38,453 nt of DNA. Origin: Nitriliruptoraceae bacterium. GTDB taxonomy: Bacteria; Actinomycetota; Nitriliruptoria; Nitriliruptorales; Nitriliruptoraceae. The DNA lies in contig SLLJ01000408.1 of assembly GCA_007134165.1 (NCBI GenBank), forward strand, positions 1 to 38,453, in the 5' to 3' direction. This document shows, in pieces, positions 29,784 to 38,453 of the stretch. The translations under genes and the position numbers were made by a program. Below the pieces are notes generated by a model. That model made no database searches. It saw nothing but the letters and a program-made list of their open reading frames with translations, and was not told where the DNA came from. The stretch's first letter is position 1, and each line of letters starts with the position of its first letter.

Positions 29784-31508
29784 TCAGGACGGGCCGAGGA
29801 AGCGGACGTCCGCGACCTCGGCGAGGTAGCCGTCCGAGCTCAGGGACAGGCCGGTGATCCACAGCAGCCAATAGCGGCGGGTGATGGGGCTGAACTGGAA
29901 CGGCTGGGTGGTCTGGATGTCGGCCATCGCGGTGCGGGGCTCTCCCCAGCCGTCGAGGTCGTCGGCGTCGGGCAGCTCGTCGGTGGCGTACAGCGCGACG
30001 TCGAGGCCCCCGCGCACCAGTTCGATGGTGATGCCCCGCACCTCGGCGGGCTCGCCGAGGTCGAACACCAACCCGATGCCGTCTCGGTCCGCGTCGAGGT
30101 CGCGCTCGGTGAACAGCGGGGAGGACCACGCGGTCTGAGGCGCACCGTCGATCGCCAGCTCCGCTTCGGGCGCGGCCTCGAGCAGGTCCGCGGTCGGGTC
30201 GAGGACCAGCACCTGCTCCACGCGCCACTGCACCGCCTCGGGAGGGGCGGGGGACTCTTCCTCCTGCAGCGCCTGGGTCGCGAACCAGGCCACCAGTGCG
30301 AGCACGATCCCGCCGAGGAAGGCGAACAGCAGCCGCTGGGCGTACTCCCGCCGGGTGGTCGGCAGCGGTCCGCTCAGCGGACGCTGCTCGAGGTCGTCGA
30401 ACAGCGGCTCGCGCCCCTCGAGGTCGTCGAGCAGCATCGCGGTCAGCTCGCTGGGCTTGGCGGTGACGCCCGGCGCCAGCGCGGCGGCCATCGCCGCACC
30501 GTCGGGGTAACGTTCGGTCTGGTCGCGGCGGGTGGCGCGGACCACCACGTCGTCGAGGAAGCGGGGGATCTCGGCCCGGACCTGTCGGGGCGGCAACAGT
30601 TCGTGCGTCAGGCGCATGGCTGCGGTCGCGGTCGGGGTGTCGCCGCTGAACGCGGCACGGCCGGTGAGGCACTCGTAGAGCACCACGCCGAGCGCGTAGA
30701 TGTCGGCCCGGCCGTCGACGTTCTCGTCCTGGAGTTGTTCGGGAGCGACGTAGGCCGCGGTACCCACGACCGTGCCCGGCTTGGTGAGGGTGGCATCCGC
30801 CCCCGACAGGGCCTTGGCGATCCCGAAGTCGGTCACCTTCACGGTGCCGTCGGCGGCCAGCAGGATGTTGGCAGGCTTGACGTCACGGTGCACCAGCCCG
30901 TGAGTGTGCGCTGCGCCGAGCGCGGACGCGACCTGCTCACCGATGGCCGCGACCACGGCGGGCTCGAGCGGGTCCTCGCGCTTGAGCACCTGGCGCAGGC
31001 TCGGGCCGTCGACGTGCTCCATGACCAGGAAAACCAGCTCCCCGTCCTGGCCGGTGTCGTAGATGCGTACGGCGTTGGGGTGGCTGAGCTGCGCCGCCGC
31101 GCGCGACTCGCGCTCGAAGCGCTCGACCACGGTGGGGTCCGTTGCATGGTGGGGGTGGAGGAGCTTGATGGCCACCGTCCGTGACAGGTTCTGGTCGAAG
31201 GCCCGCCACACGATCGCCGCACCGCCAGACGCGATCGGTTCCTCCAGCAGGTAGCGATCGGCGAGGTGCGAGCGGTCCGGCCACGGTCGGGGCTCGGGCT
31301 CGGGTTCGGGTTCGGGTTCGGGCTCGGGCTCGGGCTCGGGCTCGGGTTCGGGTTCGGGCTCGGGTTTGCTCGCGCCCAAAGGGTCGGCGAGCTCCTCGCC
31401 CTCGTCCCCGAGCAGCGTCGGCGCATCACCGTCCGGGCCCACGCCTTCGGACCCGGGGACCGGATCGGCCGGGGTCGCGGGGCTGCCCTCGTCGGGTCTT
31501 GGATGCAC
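29784..31508 (-). CDS. Hanks-type Ser/Thr kinase with TM and extracellular galactose-binding-like domain
   Basis: [53 protein letters not shown]...[18 protein letters not shown]. Confidence 0.92.
   Translation of the reverse strand: MHPRPDEGSPATPADPVPGSEGVGPDGDAPTLLGDEGEELADPLGASKPEPEPEPEPEPEPEPEPEPEPEPEPRPWPDRSHLADRYLLEEPIASGGAAIVWRAFDQNLSRTVAIKLLHPHHATDPTVVERFERESRAAAQLSHPNAVRIYDTGQDGELVFLVMEHVDGPSLRQVLKREDPLEPAVVAAIGEQVASALGAAHTHGLVHRDVKPANILLAADGTVKVTDFGIAKALSGADATLTKPGTVVGTAAYVAPEQLQDENVDGRADIYALGVVLYECLTGRAAFSGDTPTATAAMRLTHELLPPRQVRAEIPRFLDDVVVRATRRDQTERYPDGAAMAAALAPGVTAKPSELTAMLLDDLEGREPLFDDLEQRPLSGPLPTTRREYAQRLLFAFLGGIVLALVAWFATQALQEEESPAPPEAVQWRVEQVLVLDPTADLLEAAPEAELAIDGAPQTAWSSPLFTERDLDADRDGIGLVFDLGEPAEVRGITIELVRGGLDVALYATDELPDADDLDGWGEPRTAMADIQTTQPFQFSPITRRYWLLWITGLSLSSDGYLAEVADVRFLGPS
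31293..31364 (-). repeat. 12 x 6-bp microsatellite (CCCGAR) encoding (Pro-Glu)12
   Basis: Units counted directly. Confidence 0.95.
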
Positions 31509-31515
31509 GGTGATC

Positions 31516-31893
31516 TCAGGACTGCCAGGTGATGCGCGTGGTCACCGATGCCACGGTGAGGTCCTCGAGCGGACCGATGCGGTGGGTGACCAGGGTCGGA
31601 GCCTGCCGCTGCAGGGTGATCACCAGATCCTCTCCCTCGTCTTCGAGCGCAACCACCTCGGCGTCGTGCCGGTCGGCCACGGCGACCGCCGCTTGAGTTG
31701 CCACCTCCACCGACTGCTCGGAACGGTAGGCGTCTCGCGCGGCCCGTGCGACCTCACGCGCGTGGTCGTCGAGCGCGAACGTGGTGACCCCGATCGAGAT
31801 GACCTCGTAGGCCACGAGGGCCAGCACGGCCACGGTGAGCAGCATCTTGACCAGCCATCCGGTGATGATCTCGCCACGCTCGAGTTGGTCCAC
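31516..31893 (-). CDS. Small N-terminally anchored protein, TadE/pseudopilin-like
   Basis: GGAGG RBS + GTG 31893; [31 protein letters not shown]...AREVARAA. Confidence 0.6.
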   Translation of the reverse strand: MDQLERGEIITGWLVKMLLTVAVLALVAYEVISIGVTTFALDDHAREVARAARDAYRSEQSVEVATQAAVAVADRHDAEVVALEDEGEDLVITLQRQAPTLVTHRIGPLEDLTVASVTTRITWQS

Positions 31894-31906
31894 GATCCGG
31901 CTTCCT

Positions 31907-31972
31907 CCGACACGGTGCGCGTCCGGTGGCCGACACGGTACGCGTCCGGTGGCCGACACGGTACGCGTCCGG
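31907..31972. repeat. About 2.9 x 23-bp intergenic tandem repeat CCGACACGGT(G/A)CGCGTCCGGTGG
   Basis: Copies at 31907, 31930 and 31953; no spacers. Confidence 0.95.
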
Positions 31973-31986
31973 GAAGCTGGCGGGGG

Positions 31987-34095
31987 TCACACGATCTCCA
32001 GCCGTGGACGACGGCGCTGACGCCCACCGCGTACCGACCCCGCCAGCAGGAGGGTGGCCACCAGAGCGGCGGTCAGCGTCAGCGCCACCCCGGACACGGC
32101 GGTGGAACGCACCGAGATCGTCGTGCGATCCAACTCGCGGTCACCCGCGAGGACCCGGACGGTGACCGGCACGGTCCCGGTCGAGCGCGCCTGGGTCGGG
32201 AACGACAGGGTACGGGCACTGCCCTCCTCGAGCACGAAGGATGCCGAGCGCCGGCCCTCGGGCCAGGCCAACCTTGCCGGGGAGGACACCTCGACCTCGA
32301 CGGTGAGCGGTTCGCCGCGCAGACGCTGGACGGTGACCGGAACGTCGCCGCTGTCCGCGGTGAGCGTCACCTGCGCACCCCCGACGACCTCGACGTCGCC
32401 GAAGCGTTCGTCGAGGTCGCGGGCGACGTCACGCACGAGCGCCTCGGCCTCACCGCCGACCATGCCCGTGAACTCCTCCGAGGTCGAGCGCAGCAGTTGG
32501 TCCCGCAGGACACCGGCCGGGCGGCGCTCGTCGGGCGGCTGGTCGGTGGGACGGGCGGCGATGTAGGCCTCGAGGTCGCGCAGCGCGTCGGCGAGCGCAT
32601 CGAGCACCTCGGGGGCTCGGTCGGGCCGATCGGGGTCCTCGGCGAAGCTCACCGCGGTGTCGCCACCGCGGGCGCGGGTCGCGAGCGTGGCCGGGTCGAC
32701 CAACTCGAGCCAGGGCAGGTCGGGCAGCTGGGCGATCAGCGCGGTGGCCAGGTCCGGGCCGGGGTCGAACGACTCCGGGGGCAGGATCAGCAGGGCTCGT
32801 CCCGGGTCGGTCGGGTCCTCCAGGGCGTACTGTGCGCTCTGGGCGATGACGCGCTGCACGTCGAGCACGGGACCCGCCGGCGACCGCGTGGCCAGCGACG
32901 CGGTCAGGGCGGCGTCGCTGACCAGCCCGGTCAGGAGTCGTCCGGTGGCGCTGCGCACCGGGCGCACCGTGCCGTGCTCCGCGGCTGCGTCCACGACCTC
33001 GGCGGGCAGCAGCAGCACGTTGCCCGGCAGCACCTCGACGGAGGCGGGGTCGAGCCGTGCGCCGGCCAGGTGGGCAGCGCCGTCGACGCGGCGGTCGAGC
33101 AGCGGCAGCGCCCGGCGGCGAGCGTCGGCGGCCGCTTCGCCCGCCAGGTCCCGCAGGATCGGCTCGCTGGCGGTCAGCGCCACCAGGTCAGCGTCGGCGT
33201 AGGCGCCCACCACCGGGGCGAAGGGCAGCGTGGCCGTCACGGCACGGATGCGCTGGAGCACGTCGTTGGACGTGCGGGCCTCACGGTCCTCCGGCTCCAC
33301 CAGCTGCCGTTCGAGGCTTCCATCCGGTCGGCGCTCGAGGGCGACGAAACCGTCGGCGCGGTCGAGCAGGTCCTCGACCACGTGCACCGCCGGCGCGAGC
33401 ACCACGGGGGCCTCGGGGCGCGCCTCCAGCGCCCGCAGCAGGACGTCGAGGCGTCCGCCCGGACGCGTCAACCGGTCCACTTCGAGCGGGTAGGCCCCGT
33501 CGACGGTACGCCAGGGTGCGTCGCTCAGGGGCCAGACCATGGTCGTAGGAAGCGGATCGACCGGTGGCCGCGTGACCCGGACCACGGCGGTGACCACCTC
33601 GTCGAGGATCCGGGCGCCGCGCAGCACCGCGATCCTGACCGGGTGCACGCTCGTGGTGGTGGGCCAGTCGACCTCGGCCGGACGGAAGGACGCGGCCACG
33701 CCGCCGAGTTCGCCGGGCGGCAGCCTCCCCCCGCCGCGCAGGTCCTGGCCCTGCACCGCCAGCGGCGCGGAGGCGAGCGTGCCCTGCAGCGCCCGGTCCA
33801 GTTCGCCGCGGTCGGCGACGCCGGGATGGACCTCCACCACCACGCGGAGCTGATCGAGCTCGCGCTGGCCGGTGTTCTCGACCAGCACCCGCAGGCCAAG
33901 CTCGAGGTGACGCCGTGCCGCCGTGGGGTGGCTGCCCGGACCGATCACGCCCGTGAGGTCGGACACGATCAGCGCCGCCTGCTCCGAGGTGTCGGACCGG
34001 GCCGGGTGAGCGGTGAGCACGGTGGCCACGATCACGACGGCGAACGCCACGAGCACGTGCACGACGCTGCGGGCGGCCGGGGCCGACCGACTCAC
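31987..34095 (-). CDS. DUF6049-family exported protein (Rv3909-like)
   Basis: Signal peptide, TMVWPL..P, GGRLDVLL, YADADLVAL, C-terminal TM; GTGA overlap with the NUDIX stop. Confidence 0.8.
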   Translation of the reverse strand: MSRSAPAARSVVHVLVAFAVVIVATVLTAHPARSDTSEQAALIVSDLTGVIGPGSHPTAARRHLELGLRVLVENTGQRELDQLRVVVEVHPGVADRGELDRALQGTLASAPLAVQGQDLRGGGRLPPGELGGVAASFRPAEVDWPTTTSVHPVRIAVLRGARILDEVVTAVVRVTRPPVDPLPTTMVWPLSDAPWRTVDGAYPLEVDRLTRPGGRLDVLLRALEARPEAPVVLAPAVHVVEDLLDRADGFVALERRPDGSLERQLVEPEDREARTSNDVLQRIRAVTATLPFAPVVGAYADADLVALTASEPILRDLAGEAAADARRRALPLLDRRVDGAAHLAGARLDPASVEVLPGNVLLLPAEVVDAAAEHGTVRPVRSATGRLLTGLVSDAALTASLATRSPAGPVLDVQRVIAQSAQYALEDPTDPGRALLILPPESFDPGPDLATALIAQLPDLPWLELVDPATLATRARGGDTAVSFAEDPDRPDRAPEVLDALADALRDLEAYIAARPTDQPPDERRPAGVLRDQLLRSTSEEFTGMVGGEAEALVRDVARDLDERFGDVEVVGGAQVTLTADSGDVPVTVQRLRGEPLTVEVEVSSPARLAWPEGRRSASFVLEEGSARTLSFPTQARSTGTVPVTVRVLAGDRELDRTTISVRSTAVSGVALTLTAALVATLLLAGSVRGGRQRRRPRLEIV

Positions 34096-34562
34096 CGCTC
34101 GGTGCGCACGTCGACGGGGGTGGCGGCCCGCCCCGCGGCGAGCTCCACCAGCCGGCGCTCGTTGCGATGTGCGAGGCGGACCAGCGCGATGTCGGAGGGG
34201 ACCCATTCGACGTGCTCCGCCTCGTCGTCGTGCTCGCCGGCCGGCTGTCCGTCCCACCACATCAGGTAGTAGTGCACGTACTTGTGGTACCGGACGCGGT
34301 CGGGACGCCAGACGAACCAGTAGTCGATGGTGCCGAGCTGCTGGTCGATCACCGCGCCGTGCCCGGTCTCCTCGCGCACCTCGCGCAGGGCGGCCTGTTC
34401 CTCGGTCTCGCCGGGCTCGATGCCGCCCTTGGGGAGCGTCCACTGCGGCTTTCCCGCGGCGTTGCGTCGGGCGATGAGCAGCACCCAGCGGCGACCGTCG
34501 CCTCGGTCGTCGCAGACCACGCCACCGGCTGAGGTGGCCCGTCGCGTCGGGTACCTGGGCAT
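34092..34562 (-). CDS. NUDIX hydrolase (MutT4-like)
   Basis: PKGGIEPGETEEQAALREVREETG, LGTIDYWF, HKYVH; ATG 34562. Confidence 0.92.
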   Translation of the reverse strand: MPRYPTRRATSAGGVVCDDRGDGRRWVLLIARRNAAGKPQWTLPKGGIEPGETEEQAALREVREETGHGAVIDQQLGTIDYWFVWRPDRVRYHKYVHYYLMWWDGQPAGEHDDEAEHVEWVPSDIALVRLAHRNERRLVELAAGRAATPVDVRTER

Positions 34563-34628
34563 AGCGTCAGGGTAGCGTCCGGGACCCGGACCGCGTCCTT
34601 CGCCGGGCCGCGGGCCGAGGAGGAGCAC

Positions 34629-35093
34629 ATGAGGGCACTGGTGCAGCGTGCCGCCAGCGGTTGGGTGCTGGTCGAGCAGCCCGGACCCGACGGAAAGCGG
34701 ACGTGGGTCGAGACCGGCCGGATCGGTCGAGGCCTGGTCGTACTGCTCGGGGTGACCCACGACGACGAGGTGGCGTGCGCTGAGCGCATGGCGCAGAAGC
34801 TGTGGAACCTGCGGGTGTTCGCCGACGAGTCCGGCGTGATGAACCAAAGCTGTGCCGAGGTGGGCGGCGACCTGCTGGTCGTGAGTCAGTTCACCCTCTA
34901 CGGGGACACCCGCAAGGGTCGACGCCCCTCGTATGTCGCCGCCGCAGCGTCCGAGCAGGCCGAACCGCTGGTGGAAGCGGTGGTCGAGCACCTGCGCGCG
35001 ATGGGCGGCGTGGTGGCGACCGGGCGGTTCGGTGCGATGATGCAGGTCGGGATCGTCAACGACGGTCCGGTTACGCTGTGGGTGGAGCTGTGA
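34629..35093 (+). CDS. dtd: D-aminoacyl-tRNA deacylase
   Basis: MRALVQR, SQFTL, KGRRPS, NDGPVT. Confidence 0.95.
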   Translation: MRALVQRAASGWVLVEQPGPDGKRTWVETGRIGRGLVVLLGVTHDDEVACAERMAQKLWNLRVFADESGVMNQSCAEVGGDLLVVSQFTLYGDTRKGRRPSYVAAAASEQAEPLVEAVVEHLRAMGGVVATGRFGAMMQVGIVNDGPVTLWVEL

Positions 35094-35142
35094 GCGCGTC
35101 ATGCAGCTGGGGTACCGCCGGTCCGGGAACGGGAGGTTGACG

Positions 35143-36225
35143 GTGGAGAGCGTCGATCGTTACTTGCAACTGCTGGTCGAGTCCGGCGGCTCGGACCTGC
35201 ACCTGAAGGCCGGGGGCCCCGCCTACGTGCGGGTCGACGGTGACCTCAAGCCGGTCACCTACCTGCCGCCGCTGTCCCCGTCGGACACCGAGTCGTTCGC
35301 CTACGCCATGATGGACACCCGGGCGGTCGCCCGCTTCGAGGAATCCCGCGAGGCGGACTTCGCCTACTCGCTGTCCGGCGTGGGGCGTTTCCGTGTCAAC
35401 GCCTTCCGCCAGCGGGGTGCCGTCGGCGTGGTGTGCCGGCGTGTGCTTCCCAGCTCCCAGAGCTTCGAGGAGCTCGGGCTCCCACCTTCGGTGCGCACCC
35501 TGGCCGAGGAGCACCGCGGCCTGGTGCTGGTCACCGGCCCGACCGGCTCGGGCAAGACCACGACCACCGCCGCCCTCCTGAACCACATCAACCGCAGCCG
35601 GCGCTGCCACATCGTCACCATCGAAGACCCGATCGAGGTCATGCACCGCGACGACAAGGCGATCATCGACCAGCGTGAGATCGGGGTCGACACCGACGAC
35701 TTCTCCACCGCGCTGAAGGCGGTTTCCCGCCAGGACCCCGACGTGATCTTCATCGGGGAGATGCGTGACCTCGAGACCGTCACCGCGGCCCTGCAGGCGG
35801 CCGAGACCGGCCACCTGGTCATCTCCACGCTGCACACCACCGACGCGCGCGAAACCATCAACCGGGTGGTGGACCTGTACCCCAAGGAGCAGCAGGCGCA
35901 GGCCCGGCTGTCGCTGGCCAACTCACTCAAGGGCATCGTCTGCCAGCGGCTCGCACCGCGGGCCACCGGTGACGGCCGGGTCGCGGTCGTCGAGGTGATG
36001 GTGATGACCACGAGGTTCTACGAGTTCCTCACCGACCCCGCCCAGTTGGTCCACATCGAGGAGGCGATCGCCGAGGGCAGCTACTACGGCATGCAGACCT
36101 TCGATCAGCATCTGCTGCAGTTGTACGCCGACGGCGTCGTGTCGCTCCGCGATGCCCTGCTGACCGCGACCAACGCCCACGACTTCCGCGTCGCGCTGCG
36201 AAGCGCCGGGCTGGCGACGGCCTGA
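35143..36225 (+). CDS. pilT: PilT/PilU-family type IV pilus retraction ATPase
   Basis: SDLHL, GPTGSGKTTT, TIEDPIE, QDPDVIFIGEMRD, GHLVISTLH, GMQTFDQ; start GTG 35143 after GGGAGG. Confidence 0.9.
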   Translation: MESVDRYLQLLVESGGSDLHLKAGGPAYVRVDGDLKPVTYLPPLSPSDTESFAYAMMDTRAVARFEESREADFAYSLSGVGRFRVNAFRQRGAVGVVCRRVLPSSQSFEELGLPPSVRTLAEEHRGLVLVTGPTGSGKTTTTAALLNHINRSRRCHIVTIEDPIEVMHRDDKAIIDQREIGVDTDDFSTALKAVSRQDPDVIFIGEMRDLETVTAALQAAETGHLVISTLHTTDARETINRVVDLYPKEQQAQARLSLANSLKGIVCQRLAPRATGDGRVAVVEVMVMTTRFYEFLTDPAQLVHIEEAIAEGSYYGMQTFDQHLLQLYADGVVSLRDALLTATNAHDFRVALRSAGLATA

Positions 36226-36229
36226 GGCC

Positions 36230-37783
36230 TCAGCCGTCGTCTCCTGGCGACGGTGGCTCCCCCACGACCAGCATCCGGGGCCGTACCTCGGGGACGACCG
36301 GTTCGGCGGCGTGCTCGGTCAACCGTTCGAGCAGCCAGCGGCCCCGCTCGGTGCCGGTGTCGGCGATCACGACGTCGCCCCCGGGCCCGGCGACGTGCGC
36401 GACCACGATGATCAGCCCGAGGCGGCGCTGCAGCGGGTTGGCTCGGGTCGAGGCTGCCTGGACCTTGACCACCGGGGCCAGCGAGGTCACCACCGACAGC
36501 GCGCCGGTACGGGCCGCGACCACTCGGGCGGTGAGTCCGTGGCCGAGTTGCCGGTACTCGACCACGGCCAGCACCGCGAACAGCGGGACCAGCGCGCCGG
36601 CGAGCCACGGCACCACGTCGGGGACCCCGAACGGTGCGTAGCGCCACGCGATGATCGCGCTGGCGCCGATCAGCACCGCCTGGCGCAGCCAGCGGAACAT
36701 CGTGCGGCGCAGCGCGGCGGGTGGGTGGGCCGTCAGGGCGGGGATGCCCGCCACGCCCGGCAGCACCTCGGCGAGCAACTCGTCGATCGTGCGCTCGGGC
36801 AGCAGGGGGACGGTGACCCGCCGGTCGGCGTCGCCCGACCCGCCGGCCGAGTGCACCCGCACGGCGGCGAACCCCAGCAGCCGCCGCAGCCAGTTGCGGT
36901 GCACTTCGACCTTCTGGACCCGCCGCAGCGGGACCACCGAGCTGCGGCTGGACAGCAGCCCACGAGTCACGTTCAGATCGTCGCCGACCCGTTCGATGCG
37001 GAAGCCGGCGTCGCGCAGCACCCCGACCACCACCGCGGTGACAACCGCCGCCACCAGCGTCGCGACGATGCCGAGCAGGACCACCTGCCAGCCGATGCCC
37101 GGTAGGCCCGTCCGTCCGACGACCAGGCCCTCGATGAGATCCTCGGCCCGATCGGCGAACGGGGCCCAGAACGTCTCCCCGACGAACTGCAGGCCCACAC
37201 CGACGATGGCGGGGAACACGAGCAGCCGGGCGCCGGTCACCGAGGCCACCACGACGTGCCGCAGCGGGACCTCGAGCACCGGCTGGCGCTCGGGTGCCCC
37301 CACCTCGTGGTCGCTCTCGCCCTCACCTCCGACGGCCTGGGCCTTGCCCCGCCGCAGCTCGTCGCGCAGGGCCTCGGCGTCGGCCAGCGGGATGACCCGC
37401 AGTTCCACCTCGACCTCCGAGGAGCTGCCGGCGGTCTCGACCCGCAGCGCGGCCAGCCCGAACAGCCGGGCCACCGCTCCGCGGTCGATCTCGACCTGCT
37501 GCACCCGGGCCACGTCCAGCGCGCGGTGGCTGCGGCTGAGCACCCCCTCCTCGACGCGGAGCACTTCACCGTCGAAGCCGAACGTGAAGCGCTGCCAGGC
37601 CAGCGTCCGGCCGACCAGTGCCACGGCGCCGAAGACCGCGAGGATCACCAGGATCGCGCGGCCGCCTGCGGCGAACCCGGCGACCAGCGGGAAGATCAGG
37701 GCCTGGATCGTCTGCCGCAGGTCGATCCCGAGCAGGATCGAGGCCGGGTGCAGCCGGCGATCGACCGGACCGTCAGACGGCAT
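36230..37783 (-). CDS. YdbT-like membrane protein with bacterial PH (bPH_2) domains
   Basis: RRLHP start and three repeats of G.L.R...RVQ.V...RL.G.A....TAG. Confidence 0.85.
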   Translation of the reverse strand: MPSDGPVDRRLHPASILLGIDLRQTIQALIFPLVAGFAAGGRAILVILAVFGAVALVGRTLAWQRFTFGFDGEVLRVEEGVLSRSHRALDVARVQQVEIDRGAVARLFGLAALRVETAGSSSEVEVELRVIPLADAEALRDELRRGKAQAVGGEGESDHEVGAPERQPVLEVPLRHVVVASVTGARLLVFPAIVGVGLQFVGETFWAPFADRAEDLIEGLVVGRTGLPGIGWQVVLLGIVATLVAAVVTAVVVGVLRDAGFRIERVGDDLNVTRGLLSSRSSVVPLRRVQKVEVHRNWLRRLLGFAAVRVHSAGGSGDADRRVTVPLLPERTIDELLAEVLPGVAGIPALTAHPPAALRRTMFRWLRQAVLIGASAIIAWRYAPFGVPDVVPWLAGALVPLFAVLAVVEYRQLGHGLTARVVAARTGALSVVTSLAPVVKVQAASTRANPLQRRLGLIIVVAHVAGPGGDVVIADTGTERGRWLLERLTEHAAEPVVPEVRPRMLVVGEPPSPGDDG

Positions 37784-38330
37784 CGCTGAGCTCCCCGGGA
37801 TGGGCGGCCACGGCCTGTGCGGCCCGCCACAGCAGCTCGGCCCGGATGGTGGGCGCGTCGGCGTTGGCGATGCCTGGCAGCCCGACCGTGCCGCTGGCCG
37901 AGGCGGTGGTCACCTGCAGCGTGGCCAGGCCCAGCAGTCGGTCGATCGGTCCCTGCACGACGTCGATCTGCTGGATCCTGAAGTAGGGCACGGCGGACCG
38001 CTGGCGCACGAGCACGCCGCGCTCGAGCAGCAGGGCGAGGTCGCTCAGCCACCAGCGCCAGCGACGGAACCGCGCGCCCGGGTACCACACCAGCAGGGTG
38101 ACGAGCAGCGCCATGCTCAGTGCCACGACCAACCAGCCCGCTCGTCCCAGCACCAGCACCGCGGTCACCGACGCCACGGCGAGCAGCGGTACCTGCCACA
38201 GGGCCCCGAACACCCGCCAGACCTGCACGATGCCCGGGTCCAGACCCCGCTCCCGGTCGTCGAGGCCGGGCGGTGCCGTGGGCGGCGTGGTTTCCGGCGC
38301 GCTCGGCGACGGGGGTGGGGCCGCACTGGG
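37773..38330 (-). CDS. YdbS-like membrane protein with a bPH_2 domain; 5' end uncertain
   Basis: Two TM segments, RGVLVRQRSAVPYFRIQQIDVVQGPIDRLLGLATL; no convincing start codon before the GC shift. Confidence 0.8.
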   Translation of the reverse strand, partial: PSAAPPPSPSAPETTPPTAPPGLDDRERGLDPGIVQVWRVFGALWQVPLLAVASVTAVLVLGRAGWLVVALSMALLVTLLVWYPGARFRRWRWWLSDLALLLERGVLVRQRSAVPYFRIQQIDVVQGPIDRLLGLATLQVTTASASGTVGLPGIANADAPTIRAELLWRAAQAVAAHPGELSDAV

Positions 38331-38453
38331 CGACTCAATCGTGCGTTTGCAGGATGGTACTGATGCGAGAAATCCCATTGGACAGCAGGCATGGGCCGAA
38401 GCGTTGGCCGAAATCGAGGAAGACGTTATCATCTCCAGCATCTTTGTAGTACA

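Noticed and set aside
29106..30672. Apparent long or fused sigma and anti-sigma ORFs
   Set aside because: The extensions overlap the upstream genes in other frames; plausible starts exist at 29781 and 29105
31907..31972. 23-bp repeats as a mini CRISPR array
   Set aside because: The units are head-to-tail with no spacers, and there are no cas genes
31366..34269. 967-aa plus-strand ORF and other long antisense ORFs (e.g. 2983-4458, 5724-7235, 36651-38363)
   Set aside because: They are shadows of real opposite-strand genes in high-GC DNA and have no recognisable motifs

Overview
This is the replication-origin region of a high-GC (about 70% by eye) actinobacterium. The acidic proteins and gene content suggest a deep-branching lineage such as Nitriliruptoria or Acidimicrobiia (inference only). 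Left arm, minus strand: dnaA-oriC-dnaN-recF-dciA-[dsbB, tlpA]-gyrB-[two membrane genes]-gyrA-[lipoprotein]-DUF3566-tRNA-Ile, then a probable Wzz-like pseudogene. Right arm: rpmH-rnpA-yidD-yidC-jag-rsmG-parA-parB with two parS sites. It continues with an aminotransferase/Ddl-like/HAD/rpiA operon, an unannotated 57-aa membrane gene, GNAT, MFS, a CwlM-like amidase, trxA/trxB, a zinc-finger membrane protein, an ECF sigma/anti-sigma pair, a Ser/Thr kinase, a TadE-like small protein, DUF6049, NUDIX, dtd, pilT/U and two bPH-domain genes. I found no CRISPR array, integrase or transposase, and no clearly new system. The most notable departures from the canonical actinomycete layout are: (1) no murJ in the DUF6049-kinase slot, which instead holds a 23-bp tandem repeat and a pilin-like gene; (2) a kinase with all catalytic motifs where mycobacteria have the MviN pseudokinase, near a zinc-ligand-deficient amidase; (3) a disulfide module and membrane genes inserted into the dnaA-gyrA operon; (4) many short tandem duplications; (5) an abrupt low-GC junction in the last ~120 bp.
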